DNA of 64,000 nt from an uncultured archaeon (GTDB lineage Archaea; Thermoproteota; Nitrososphaeria; JACIWG01), in assembly GCA_938034445.1 (NCBI GenBank), contig CALHLD010000014.1:4907-68906 (forward strand), read 5' to 3'. The position numbers and the translations under genes are program-made. The notes beneath the pieces are model-generated. The model saw only the letters and a program-made list of their open reading frames with translations. It did no database searches and was not told where the DNA came from. Of this stretch, positions 37,605 to 46,400 are shown piece after piece. How positions within the stretch are numbered: position 1 is the first letter of the stretch; the number at the start of each line of letters is the position of its first letter.

Positions 37605-39023
37605 TTGGGTGCTTTAACAAACTTCATAAAAAGCTTTTCAACAATAATACCTGAAGTCCCTAAGCCTATTAAAAAACTTTCCCTTAAAGAAAGATTGTTA
37701 TGGACTGCTGCTGTATTAATAGTATACTTTATAATGGTTGAAACCCCATTATACGGTGTAACTACAGGGAGTGATCCTTTAACTTATACCAGAATAATTT
37801 TTGCTTCAGCTCACGGTACTTTGATGGAACTCGGTATAGGTCCAATAGTAACGGCTGGTCTGATTGCCCAGCTTCTAAAAGGTGCAGATATAATTAAATT
37901 AGATTTATCCAAAAGTGAGGATAGAGCACTTTTTACTGCTACTACAAAGTTTTTGACAATCATTATTGCACTTATGGAATGTTCTGCATACATATTTGGT
38001 GGTGCATTTGGTTTAAATTTGACACCACAGGTTACAATAATTATACTCTTCCAACTCTTTTCTGCAACATTAATTGTAATGCTTCTCGATGAAATGGTTC
38101 AAAAAGGATGGGGTATAGGAAGCGGTATAAGTCTCTTCATTTTTGCAAATGCTGCTGTACAAATTGCTTGGGGTCTTTTTAGCCCCTATCCAGTTATGGA
38201 GGCAGAGAATGTTGTTTCCCCATACGGTTTTATTCCCTATGTTATAGCTAAAGCTTCTTCCTCAAGTTTTAATGATATATTTTACAGAACTTCTGGTTTT
38301 CCTTCCCTTTTTACCGTGATTTTGACACTGTTTGTAATACTTTTAATCGTCTATGTTGAAGGGTTAAGGGTCGAAATTCCAGTCACATCTGCAAGATATA
38401 GAGGTTTCAGCGGAGTTTACCCAATAAAATTTCTTTATGTGTCAAACATTCCAATAATATTGACTTCTGCGCTTTTAACAAACATAACCTTTTTCACTCA
38501 GCTTATTTGGGCAAGATTTAATTCAGATAACAGTAATATGATTTTGAACTTATTTGGAACGTTCAATAGGACTACAAATACACCAACTGGTGGTTTAGCA
38601 TATTATGTAACTGCACCTCGTGGTTTAGCAGCGGTTCAATCTGATCCATTGCATGCTATCATCTTCACACTGTTACTTGTAAGTTTCTCAGTTCTTTTTG
38701 CAAAAATTTGGGTTGAAATTGGAGGTCTTTCGGCAGATCAAGTGGCAAAAAGTCTTGTTGATGCAGGAGTTCAAGTTCCTGGATTTAGGAGGTCCGAACT
38801 AAGCATAAGCCAACTTTTAAATCGTTATATACCAACTTTAACAATTCTTGGAGGCATGTTTATTGGCTTATTGGCTGCATTCTCCGATCTTTTCTCTGTA
38901 CTAGGCTCTGGTATAGGTATTCTGTTAATGGTTGATATAGGCATACAATATTATCAGACACTAGTTAGGGAAGAGATTGAAATATTCATGCCTGCGCTTA
39001 GTAAAGTTCTTGGGCGAAAGTGA
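37605..39023 (+). CDS. secY: Preprotein translocase subunit SecY
   Basis: 472 aa. 10-TM SecY/Sec61alpha architecture. TTG start 2 nt after the L15 stop. Confidence 0.93.
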   Translation: MGALTNFIKSFSTIIPEVPKPIKKLSLKERLLWTAAVLIVYFIMVETPLYGVTTGSDPLTYTRIIFASAHGTLMELGIGPIVTAGLIAQLLKGADIIKLDLSKSEDRALFTATTKFLTIIIALMECSAYIFGGAFGLNLTPQVTIIILFQLFSATLIVMLLDEMVQKGWGIGSGISLFIFANAAVQIAWGLFSPYPVMEAENVVSPYGFIPYVIAKASSSSFNDIFYRTSGFPSLFTVILTLFVILLIVYVEGLRVEIPVTSARYRGFSGVYPIKFLYVSNIPIILTSALLTNITFFTQLIWARFNSDNSNMILNLFGTFNRTTNTPTGGLAYYVTAPRGLAAVQSDPLHAIIFTLLLVSFSVLFAKIWVEIGGLSADQVAKSLVDAGVQVPGFRRSELSISQLLNRYIPTLTILGGMFIGLLAAFSDLFSVLGSGIGILLMVDIGIQYYQTLVREEIEIFMPALSKVLGRK

Positions 39024-39089
39024 AATTTAATTATAAATATGCAAGAAGCATAATATATTAAAACTATAAAAGTAAATAAATATTTATGG

Positions 39090-39578
39090 TTGAAGTTGAT
39101 AGCATTCATGATATTCGAAATAGCCTGGAATCAAATTCCATATTCAACTATACTAATAATAATAACATCTATAGGGTTAAATTTGGTCTCCCAGATTGCA
39201 GTACGTTTTCTAGTTGATGTGGAAGAGGCTAGGCGTGTTGCGAGGGAGGCTAAAGCTTTTAGAAAAGAATTGTTAGATGCAATAAAAAGAGGTGACAAGG
39301 CTAAAGAAGAAAAGCTTAGGAAGAAAGAAAAAAGTATACAGCAGATGGAATTGAAGGCTTCAAATCAAAGGCTTAAAGCAACCTTTATTTTCATAATACC
39401 ATTCTGGTTCATATACATTTTTATCTCATCTCTTATAGGATTAAACACTACTGTGGCCGTCTCCCCTGTAACATTACCTTTCATAGGTAATGAATTACAA
39501 CTCTTCTGGTGGTATCTTATAACATCTTTTGCTTTCACAACAATTATAACAAAGTTGGTGGGGACAAGCATTGAATGA
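39090..39578 (+). CDS. DUF106 family membrane protein (archaeal YidC/Oxa1/EMC3-like)
   Basis: 162 aa. TM1, then a lysine/glutamate-rich coiled coil, then two TM helices. Sits between secY and cmk where archaea carry the Mj0480-type insertase homolog. Start may be the internal ATG at 39108. Confidence 0.65.
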   Translation: MKLIAFMIFEIAWNQIPYSTILIIITSIGLNLVSQIAVRFLVDVEEARRVAREAKAFRKELLDAIKRGDKAKEEKLRKKEKSIQQMELKASNQRLKATFIFIIPFWFIYIFISSLIGLNTTVAVSPVTLPFIGNELQLFWWYLITSFAFTTIITKLVGTSIE

Positions 39579-40143
39579 AAGAAGGAATATAGTCATAGCT
39601 ATTAGTGGTCTTCATGGAGTTGGGAAAACAGTTCAAGCTAAGCGTATTGCAGAAGCGTTTGGGCTTAGGCATGTCTCTGGTGGAGTTATCTTTAGAAGTT
39701 TAGCGAAAGAAAAAAATTTATCGATTGTAGAACTTTCTAAAAATGCAGAATATTCTGATGAAATCGATAAACTTATTGATGGTCGAATGGTGGAGGAAGG
39801 TAAGAAGGGTAATGTGGTTATCGATTCAATGCTTTGTGCTTGGTTTCTTAAAGATATTGCATTAATTAAAATCTTTCTTACAGCACCGGATAACGTTAGA
39901 GTTGAACGGATAGCTAAAAGGGATAAAAAATCTTTTGCGGAAGCCTATAATGAAACAGTAGCTAGAGAAGCAAGTGAAATAGCCCGTTTTAAAAAATATT
40001 ATGGTCTATCTATTTCTGATGTAAAGGATGCATGCCACCTTATTCTGTCCACAGAAGATCTTAGTGAAGATGACGTCTTTATAATACTTAAATCATATAT
40101 ACAACTTAGGCTGAAAAACGCTTTTGGTGTTCAGGGATGCTAG
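39571..40143 (+). CDS. cmk: Cytidylate kinase, archaeal type
   Basis: 190 aa. IAISGLHGVGKTVQAKRIAEAFGLRHVSGGVIFR P-loop/NMP-binding N-terminus. Confidence 0.85.
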   Translation: MNERRNIVIAISGLHGVGKTVQAKRIAEAFGLRHVSGGVIFRSLAKEKNLSIVELSKNAEYSDEIDKLIDGRMVEEGKKGNVVIDSMLCAWFLKDIALIKIFLTAPDNVRVERIAKRDKKSFAEAYNETVAREASEIARFKKYYGLSISDVKDACHLILSTEDLSEDDVFIILKSYIQLRLKNAFGVQGC

Positions 40144-41117
40144 ATGAAACTAAAAATGATGACTATATAGTATTATCTGATGAAGTAACAGACCCTAATT
40201 ATGGTTTTTTTCCAGATAAAAGGCCAATTAATGTACATCTTAACTATGGTTTTATACCATTAGATAAACCAAGGGGGCCATCAAGTCATGAGGTAGTAGC
40301 TTGGGTTAGAAGAATGTTACAAATTGAAAAAGCGGGTCATAGTGGTACCCTAGACCCGCCTGTTTCAGGTATTCTTCCTATTGCCTTAGGTTGTGCTACA
40401 AAGGCCTTAGGCCTTTTTCTACTCGGCCCCAAAGAATATGTAACAGTGGTAAGATTACATAATGATGTACAGGAACAAAAAATATTAGATGTTTTCAGAG
40501 AATTTACTGGAACAATATATCAGCGTCCCCCTCAAAGGTCTAGCGTTAAAAGAGTTAGTAGGACAAAAAAAATTTATCAAATAAGCTTGTTAGAAAAGTT
40601 TGGCCGTCTTCTAGTAGTAAAAGTTAATTGTGAAGCCGGTACCTATATTCGGAAGTTAATCTATGATATAGGTGAAGTTTTAGGTGTTGGTGCTACAATG
40701 GTTGAGCTTAGAAGAACAAAAGTCTTTAATTTGTATGAAGAGCAAGGCTTGGTTAGATTGCATGACCTTTCAGCTGCAGTACACAAGTGGAAAAGTGAAA
40801 ATGATGAAAACTTGCTCCGTAAGTTTGTTCAACCGATAGAAAATGTTTTAACACCATTTAAAAAGGTTTTTATCAAAGATTCGGCTGTTGACGCTATATG
40901 TCATGGTGCACAGGTTGCAGTACCTGGTATAGCTAAACTTTCATCAAGTATAGTTAAAGATGATCTTGTGTTAATATTATCTTTAAAAGGTGAACTTGTA
41001 GCCTTGGGTAAGGCATTATTATCTTCAGAGGAAATAGAAGAACTTTCAAAAGGTCTTGCTGTAAAGGTTGAAAGGGTAATAATGTCTAAGGGCACATATC
41101 CTAAGATGTGGAAATAA
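40137..41117 (+). CDS. cbf5: tRNA/rRNA pseudouridine synthase Cbf5 (TruB family, H/ACA RNP catalytic subunit)
   Basis: 326 aa. Catalytic HSGTLDP motif. C-terminal PUA domain. Confidence 0.9.
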   Translation: MLDETKNDDYIVLSDEVTDPNYGFFPDKRPINVHLNYGFIPLDKPRGPSSHEVVAWVRRMLQIEKAGHSGTLDPPVSGILPIALGCATKALGLFLLGPKEYVTVVRLHNDVQEQKILDVFREFTGTIYQRPPQRSSVKRVSRTKKIYQISLLEKFGRLLVVKVNCEAGTYIRKLIYDIGEVLGVGATMVELRRTKVFNLYEEQGLVRLHDLSAAVHKWKSENDENLLRKFVQPIENVLTPFKKVFIKDSAVDAICHGAQVAVPGIAKLSSSIVKDDLVLILSLKGELVALGKALLSSEEIEELSKGLAVKVERVIMSKGTYPKMWK

Positions 41118-41187
41118 CTTAAACCATATCTTCTAAAATTTTAAAATTTTTTAACAATTTTTTTATCACCTCTTTTGGTGGTCAAAC

Positions 41188-41397
41188 TTGAATCAAAGGA
41201 TAAGGCCGACAGTTTACTCACCAATATACAATAGGCCGAGAGAAGGTCGAGGTTTTTCTCTAAAGGAAATTAAAGAGGCGGGATTAACATTTTCTCTTGC
41301 AAAGAAACTTAATATTCCAATAGATAGACGTCGTAAAAGCTTACATAAGGAAAATGTGCAGAAAATAATGGAACTATTATCTAAGAGTTCAAAATAA
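41188..41397 (+). CDS. rpl13e: Ribosomal protein eL13
   Basis: 69 aa. REGRGFSLKEIKEAGL...IPIDRRRKS matches the L13e core (GRGFSLEEL...VDxRR). TTG start. Confidence 0.7.
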   Translation: MNQRIRPTVYSPIYNRPREGRGFSLKEIKEAGLTFSLAKKLNIPIDRRRKSLHKENVQKIMELLSKSSK

Positions 41398-41438
41398 AGA
41401 ATTTATATAAATTTTATCTACCCCCTTTCGAACAAGAA

Positions 41439-42452
41439 ATGGTTTATAGGATTGCTTGGATTAAGGGGGATGGTATAGGTCCAGAGATTTCTGAAGCTAC
41501 ACTAAATGTTATCGAAGCTTTAGAGTCAAAGCACAATTTAAATTTTAGTATAGTTTTTTATGAAGCTGGAGACCTTTGTCTTAGTAAAAGAGGGACTGCT
41601 TTACCCTCTGAAACTGTTGAAGGCTTTAGGAACGCTGACGCTGCAATAAAAGGTCCAGTGGGAGAAACTTCTATGGATGTAACAGTTAAGTTGAGACAAA
41701 TATTTGACTTATATGCAAACATAAGGCCCGTAAAAAACTTTCCCAACATCGAATGTGTTAAAAATATAGATGTTGTTATTGTTAGAGAAAATTCTGAAGA
41801 TCTGTATAAAGGGCTTGAATTCGAAATCGATAATATAGCTTTTGCCTTAAGAATAGTCTCAGATTATGCAACTAAAAGAATTGCAAGAGTTGCTGGAGAA
41901 ATAGCTTGTAAAAGGTCTGGTCTAGTTACGATTGTACACAAATCCAATGTTTTAAGAAAGACTTGCGGCCTTTTTTCAAGAGTTGCAAAGGAAGAACTTT
42001 CAAAATATCCTGTGAAAGTAAATGAAATGTATGTTGACGCTGCCTCAGCTGTGCTAATAAGGTCTCCTGAAAAATTTGATGTCATTTTAACAACAAACAT
42101 GTTCGGTGATATACTAAGTGATGAGGCTGCACAGATAGCTGGCAGTCTCGGTATAGGCCCTTCCGCTAACATCGGAGAAGAAAAAGCCTTCTTTGAACCA
42201 ATACATGGTGCCGCTCCCGATATAGCTGGAAAAAATATAGCAAATCCCTACGCTATGATTCTCTCATTTAAAATGTTAATGGAATGGTTAAGTGAAAAGA
42301 AAAATGACCAAAGGCTTAAAGAAGCCGCTTACACACTTGAATCTGCTGTAGTAGAAGCTCTGAAAATGGGGTATAAAACACCTGACATAGGTGGAAATAA
42401 AAAAACTGATGAAATAGGACACCTTCTTCATAAACTAATAGAAAATTTATAA
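41439..42452 (+). CDS. Isocitrate/3-isopropylmalate dehydrogenase family protein (LeuB/homoisocitrate DH-like)
   Basis: 337 aa. N-terminal IAWIKGDGIGPEI. Metal-binding NMFGDILSDEAA. IHGAAPDIAGKNIANP. Length favours IPMDH/HICDH over ICDH. Confidence 0.8.
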   Translation: MVYRIAWIKGDGIGPEISEATLNVIEALESKHNLNFSIVFYEAGDLCLSKRGTALPSETVEGFRNADAAIKGPVGETSMDVTVKLRQIFDLYANIRPVKNFPNIECVKNIDVVIVRENSEDLYKGLEFEIDNIAFALRIVSDYATKRIARVAGEIACKRSGLVTIVHKSNVLRKTCGLFSRVAKEELSKYPVKVNEMYVDAASAVLIRSPEKFDVILTTNMFGDILSDEAAQIAGSLGIGPSANIGEEKAFFEPIHGAAPDIAGKNIANPYAMILSFKMLMEWLSEKKNDQRLKEAAYTLESAVVEALKMGYKTPDIGGNKKTDEIGHLLHKLIENL

Positions 42453-42501
42453 AGACAAGTTTTTAAGGAAATTCACAATAATAAGAAAGGAACATATGTG
42501 A

Positions 42502-42601
42502 GCCGGGATCGCCTAGCCTGGTAGGGCGATGGCCTGGAGCCGTTTAGACTGAAAGCCATTGACTCGAAAGAGTCTTGGGGGTTCAAATCCCCCTCCCGGC
42601 G
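42502..42601 (+). tRNA. tRNA-Ser with ~14-nt intron in anticodon loop (mature loop CUGGAAA, anticodon GGA most likely)
   Basis: Acceptor GCCGGGA/TCCCGGC with discriminator G. Anticodon stem ATGGC/GCCAT enclosing 21 nt. Long variable arm GACTC-GAAA-GAGTC. T arm GGGGG-TTCAAAT-CCCCC. 100 nt total, so about 14 nt must be spliced. Confidence 0.7.
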
Positions 42602-42614
42602 CTATAATTTTATC

Positions 42615-43709
42615 CTATGGTATTATCTCAATAGAATTATTATATGTTGGATATATTAAATCATCTAATTGTATCCTACCATTTTTTGTCATCCCAATAA
42701 TTTTTGGTTTTAATCTTCTAATTTTCTCTATTAACCAAAAATTTAACTCACATATTTCTTTAAAGCCTTCTTCACCCCAAAGTTTTTCCATATAAGCATA
42801 TAAACATCTTCCACCACACTCTCTAGAAACAGAACAAGATTTACATGGTTCACCTATTAATGTATTTTCTGGCCTTCTAAAGCTCTTTAAATCTTCGGAC
42901 AATACAGCCCATTTTTCTTCAACAGCAATTGGGCAAGCTAATATTCTTCCATCAGTTGTTATTGTGACAGAATCTATACCTGAACCACATGGTGGCATGG
43001 TACCACCATATAAGTTTCTTTTAAGTATCCCTTGAAATGGTGCAATTCCTAAGATCACTTTTTCCTGAATACTTTTGAACCAGAGATTAAGAAGTTTTTC
43101 AAGATTTGGTAAATAGTTATTTTTCACCCACCCTTCAAAATTCCCCCATCTCTCACTCCATATTACATTAAGTTGCCAATGTACATGGTCAAATAATCTT
43201 GTTGAGAGTAAGTGTAAAACATCTCTGTAAATATTTCCTTCTTCTGTTAAGGTCATGCGTGCAATAAGGTCTCCCTTAAAACCCTTCTTCCTTAACAATT
43301 TTGCATTCTCTAAAACTTTATCATAAACTCCTTTTCCACGGTACATATCATTCACTTCTTTAACACCATCTATAGAAAGTAAAATAGCATCAAATTTGTT
43401 TAAAAGCTCAAACTCGGCATCTTTTATCAGAAGACCATTGGTTTGTAAAACAAATTTTTTTGCAGGTATTTCTTTAACAATCCTCTTTATGTAGCTTGAA
43501 TTTAGGATGGGTTCCCCCCCATAGAAGCAAATGTAGCATTCCTTATCCTTTTGTAAGAGTTTTTTTAAATCGTCAAACTTATACTTTATTTCCCACGGCA
43601 TCTTTTCCTTGCTAAAGCTTCCTCCACAATATCTGCAATTAAGATTACATTTCCCTGTTGTATAAATTATGTAGAGCATAGTGTTGTGATTAAACGATTT
43701 TATAGCCAA
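42615..43709 (-). CDS. Radical SAM enzyme with C-terminal SPASM domain
   Basis: 364 aa. CNLNCRYC (CxxxCxxC) SAM cluster motif at residues 21-28. C-terminal Cys-rich SPASM region CGSG...C(x)PI...CKSCSVSRECGGRCLYA. Confidence 0.8.
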   Translation of the reverse strand: MAIKSFNHNTMLYIIYTTGKCNLNCRYCGGSFSKEKMPWEIKYKFDDLKKLLQKDKECYICFYGGEPILNSSYIKRIVKEIPAKKFVLQTNGLLIKDAEFELLNKFDAILLSIDGVKEVNDMYRGKGVYDKVLENAKLLRKKGFKGDLIARMTLTEEGNIYRDVLHLLSTRLFDHVHWQLNVIWSERWGNFEGWVKNNYLPNLEKLLNLWFKSIQEKVILGIAPFQGILKRNLYGGTMPPCGSGIDSVTITTDGRILACPIAVEEKWAVLSEDLKSFRRPENTLIGEPCKSCSVSRECGGRCLYAYMEKLWGEEGFKEICELNFWLIEKIRRLKPKIIGMTKNGRIQLDDLIYPTYNNSIEIIP

Positions 43710-44088
43710 TATTTTTTAATTTCATATCCATTAAGCCATTTATTAATTCTCTAATTTTTTCTATTTTCCCCCTCACAACTAATGTTTCAAAACATTTTTC
43801 AACATCTAAATGTATGTGTAAAGTTGAAATTATTTCATGTGAATACTCGTGTTGAAGGTCTAGGAGTCTGTCCAGAAGTTCCTTTTTATGTTCAAAGATA
43901 TAACTTATTGTACCTACACATTCCTCCTCCCCCCTTCTTGATAGCATCTTATTTTCTTCTATGAACAATTCTACAGCTTTTGTGATCGCATTAGACCTTT
44001 TCCTTATACCTTTTTCTTTCATTATATTTTCTAATGTGTTTAAAACATCTTTTGGAATTGTTACACTAATTCTTTCAACCCCTTTCAA
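43690..44088 (-). CDS. nikR: NikR-family nickel-responsive transcriptional regulator
   Basis: 132 aa. N-terminal ribbon-helix-helix (ERISVTIPKDVLNTLENIMKEKGIRKRSNAITKAVELFI). C-terminal ACT-like domain with HIHLDVEKC (cf NikR HVHLDHDNC metal site). Overlaps the radical SAM start by 20 nt. Confidence 0.75.
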   Translation of the reverse strand: MKGVERISVTIPKDVLNTLENIMKEKGIRKRSNAITKAVELFIEENKMLSRRGEEECVGTISYIFEHKKELLDRLLDLQHEYSHEIISTLHIHLDVEKCFETLVVRGKIEKIRELINGLMDMKLKNIGYKIV

Positions 44089-44113
44089 ATAGGGTACATC
44101 TCCTTTTCTTTCC

Positions 44114-44142
44114 TATTAAACTTCCTGATGCTTATTAAACTT
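44114..44142. promoter_or_regulatory. Direct repeat TATTAAACTT x2 (19-bp register) in the nikR / regulator divergent promoter, a candidate operator
   Basis: Two exact 10-mers at 44114-44123 and 44133-44142, centred in the 85-nt divergent intergenic region. Confidence 0.3.
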
Positions 44143-44173
44143 TTTTAATAACTTTTCTCCCTAAAATGATAAC

Positions 44174-45118
44174 ATGTTCACTTTCTGCGAAGTTGTAGTT
44201 GAGGAACTGTTGCCTCCATTGAGGGCATTAGTGGCTCATAGGCTTAAAGAAAAAGGATACACTCAAACTCATATTTCATCTATCCTTGGGAAAACTCAAC
44301 CCTTGATAAGCCATTATTTAGATTATGACATAAAATATTGGGAAGATAAGCTTAAACAATTTGGTTTTGAAGCTGAAGTACTAGAAAGTTACATTCAGAC
44401 AATAATAAACAATATCTCCTCTGAACCCATTTTAGTAATAAAAACCTTTAACCTCATACTAATAGATATATTAAAAAGTGGTAAAATTTGTCATGTTCAT
44501 AGGCAAAAATTTCCAACACTAAACAACTGTAATATATGTGTTGAATTATTTTCTCAACATAAATTAGAGTTAAATGAAGAAAGGGAAAATCTTTTAAAGT
44601 CCTTAGAAAAGGCTGTCAAAGCAATCGAGGAATCACCATATTTTGCATCAATTGTTCCCGAAGTATATGTCAATATAGCCGCCTCACTTGACACCTGTTA
44701 TACCTTCGAGGATATTGCGACTATACCTGGTAGGATTGTGAAAGTTAAAAATAGGGTTAAAGCCCTTATGCCTCCAGAATTTGGAATAGTAAGTCATTTG
44801 ACAAAGCTTCTTTTAGATGTTAAAAAAATTGATCCATCAGTAAATGTTGTTATTAACATAAAATATGATAAAAAACTTGCTCGCATCATTTCTGACTCAA
44901 AAATTTCTTTTACAAAAACTGAGCATGAAATGGTGTATAATGAGGATGATATAATAAATTATATAAGACGTGCCATTATAAAATTTGGTACTACTCCACA
45001 GATAGTTTTTGATGAGGGAGGATTCGGTCTTGAGCCAATAACATATGTTTTTGGAAAGTCTATAGAAGAAACCATAGATCTCGTTTTAAATTTGGCAAAA
45101 ATGTATGTTCTAAAATAA
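44174..45118 (+). CDS. HTH-domain transcriptional regulator with large uncharacterised C-terminal domain (possibly ThiN-like ligand-binding domain)
   Basis: 314 aa. N-terminal XRE-like HTH (KEKGYTQTHISSILGKTQPLISHYL). About 200-aa alpha/beta C-domain without motifs I can name confidently. Confidence 0.5.
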   Translation: MFTFCEVVVEELLPPLRALVAHRLKEKGYTQTHISSILGKTQPLISHYLDYDIKYWEDKLKQFGFEAEVLESYIQTIINNISSEPILVIKTFNLILIDILKSGKICHVHRQKFPTLNNCNICVELFSQHKLELNEERENLLKSLEKAVKAIEESPYFASIVPEVYVNIAASLDTCYTFEDIATIPGRIVKVKNRVKALMPPEFGIVSHLTKLLLDVKKIDPSVNVVINIKYDKKLARIISDSKISFTKTEHEMVYNEDDIINYIRRAIIKFGTTPQIVFDEGGFGLEPITYVFGKSIEETIDLVLNLAKMYVLK

Positions 45119-45176
45119 TGTATTTATTAAAAAATTTATTAATTTCAAAGTTTATTGTGGAAGGCGGTGTAATAAT

Positions 45177-46388
45177 TTGAGTTCACCAACAGACAATCTT
45201 AAGCCAATAATCCCAGAACTGCTAGGTGAGGCAGCATTTGTTTATGTAGCTAAAGCAAATGAATTAACTAAGAAAGGCTACAATGTTATTTCCTTTGGTG
45301 TAGGGCAACCAGATATACCAACATTCCCACATATAATAGAAGCTGGTAAAGAAGCTTTAGATAAGCGCTTCACAGGATATACTGAAACTGCTGGAATATA
45401 TGAACTTAGGGAAGCTATCTCAAACTATCTTAATTCAAGATATTCTACTGACGTTAAACCTACAGAGGTTATTGTAACACCCGGTGCTAAGGGTGCAATA
45501 TTTCTAGCAATTGCCTCATATATTGATCAAGGTGATGAAGTAATTGTACCTGAACCCTCCTTTCCAGCTTATCCAGAGGTAACTAGATTTATAGGCGGTA
45601 AACCTGTTTTTGTTCCATTGAAATGGTTAGGTTCAGAAAAAGGTTTTGCTTTAGATATAGAAAAAATAGAATCTTCTATTACGAACAGAACAAAAATGAT
45701 AATTTTAAATAATCCACATAATCCAACTGGCGCCCTTTTCCCAGAACAAGAAGTTATGAAACTTTATGAACTTGCAAGAGAACATAAACTTATAATACTA
45801 GCTGACGAAATATATGACAACTTTGTCTACGATAATCTTAAGTTTAAAGGATTATTGTCAGAAGAAGATTGGAGAAATTATATACTCTATATCAACGGTT
45901 TTAGTAAAACTTTCTCTATGACAGGATGGCGACTTGGATACCTTGTTATCAAAGAAGACTTGGCTCAAAAACTTACGAGATTTGCTGTGAACATATATTC
46001 TTGTCCAACAAGCTTTGCTCAAAGGGCTGCGATTAAGGCGATGACAGGCCCTTGGGAGCCTGTTAAAGAAATGATAAGCCTTTTCCAAAAACGGAGAGAT
46101 CTAGCGGCAAAACTTCTTTCAAAAATTCCGGGGTTCGAAGTTTGGCCAAGTAAAGGTGCATTCTATATGTTTCCTAACATTTCAAAATTTTTGGATCAGG
46201 CAAGGCTTTCAGTAGAGGAGTTTGTAGAATACCTAATAAATAATCATCAAGTTATAACATTACCGGGGACGGTTTTCCCTGATAAGGCTGGTTCTAAATA
46301 TATTCGCTTTTCGTTTGCCTCAAGCTTTGAAGCGATAGAAGAGGGTGTTAAGAGAATAAACAATGCTGTTAATGAACTGCTCAAGTAA
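45177..46388 (+). CDS. Class I/II (aspartate-type) PLP-dependent aminotransferase
   Basis: 403 aa. NNPHNPTG. PLP-lysine in FSKTFSMTGWRLGY. Confidence 0.85.
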   Translation: MSSPTDNLKPIIPELLGEAAFVYVAKANELTKKGYNVISFGVGQPDIPTFPHIIEAGKEALDKRFTGYTETAGIYELREAISNYLNSRYSTDVKPTEVIVTPGAKGAIFLAIASYIDQGDEVIVPEPSFPAYPEVTRFIGGKPVFVPLKWLGSEKGFALDIEKIESSITNRTKMIILNNPHNPTGALFPEQEVMKLYELAREHKLIILADEIYDNFVYDNLKFKGLLSEEDWRNYILYINGFSKTFSMTGWRLGYLVIKEDLAQKLTRFAVNIYSCPTSFAQRAAIKAMTGPWEPVKEMISLFQKRRDLAAKLLSKIPGFEVWPSKGAFYMFPNISKFLDQARLSVEEFVEYLINNHQVITLPGTVFPDKAGSKYIRFSFASSFEAIEEGVKRINNAVNELLK

Positions 46389-46400
46389 TAGTTTAGGAGT

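Noticed and set aside
42559-42795. 78-aa plus-strand ORF
   Set aside because: Its 5' part overlaps the tRNA-Ser gene and the rest is antisense to the radical SAM gene.
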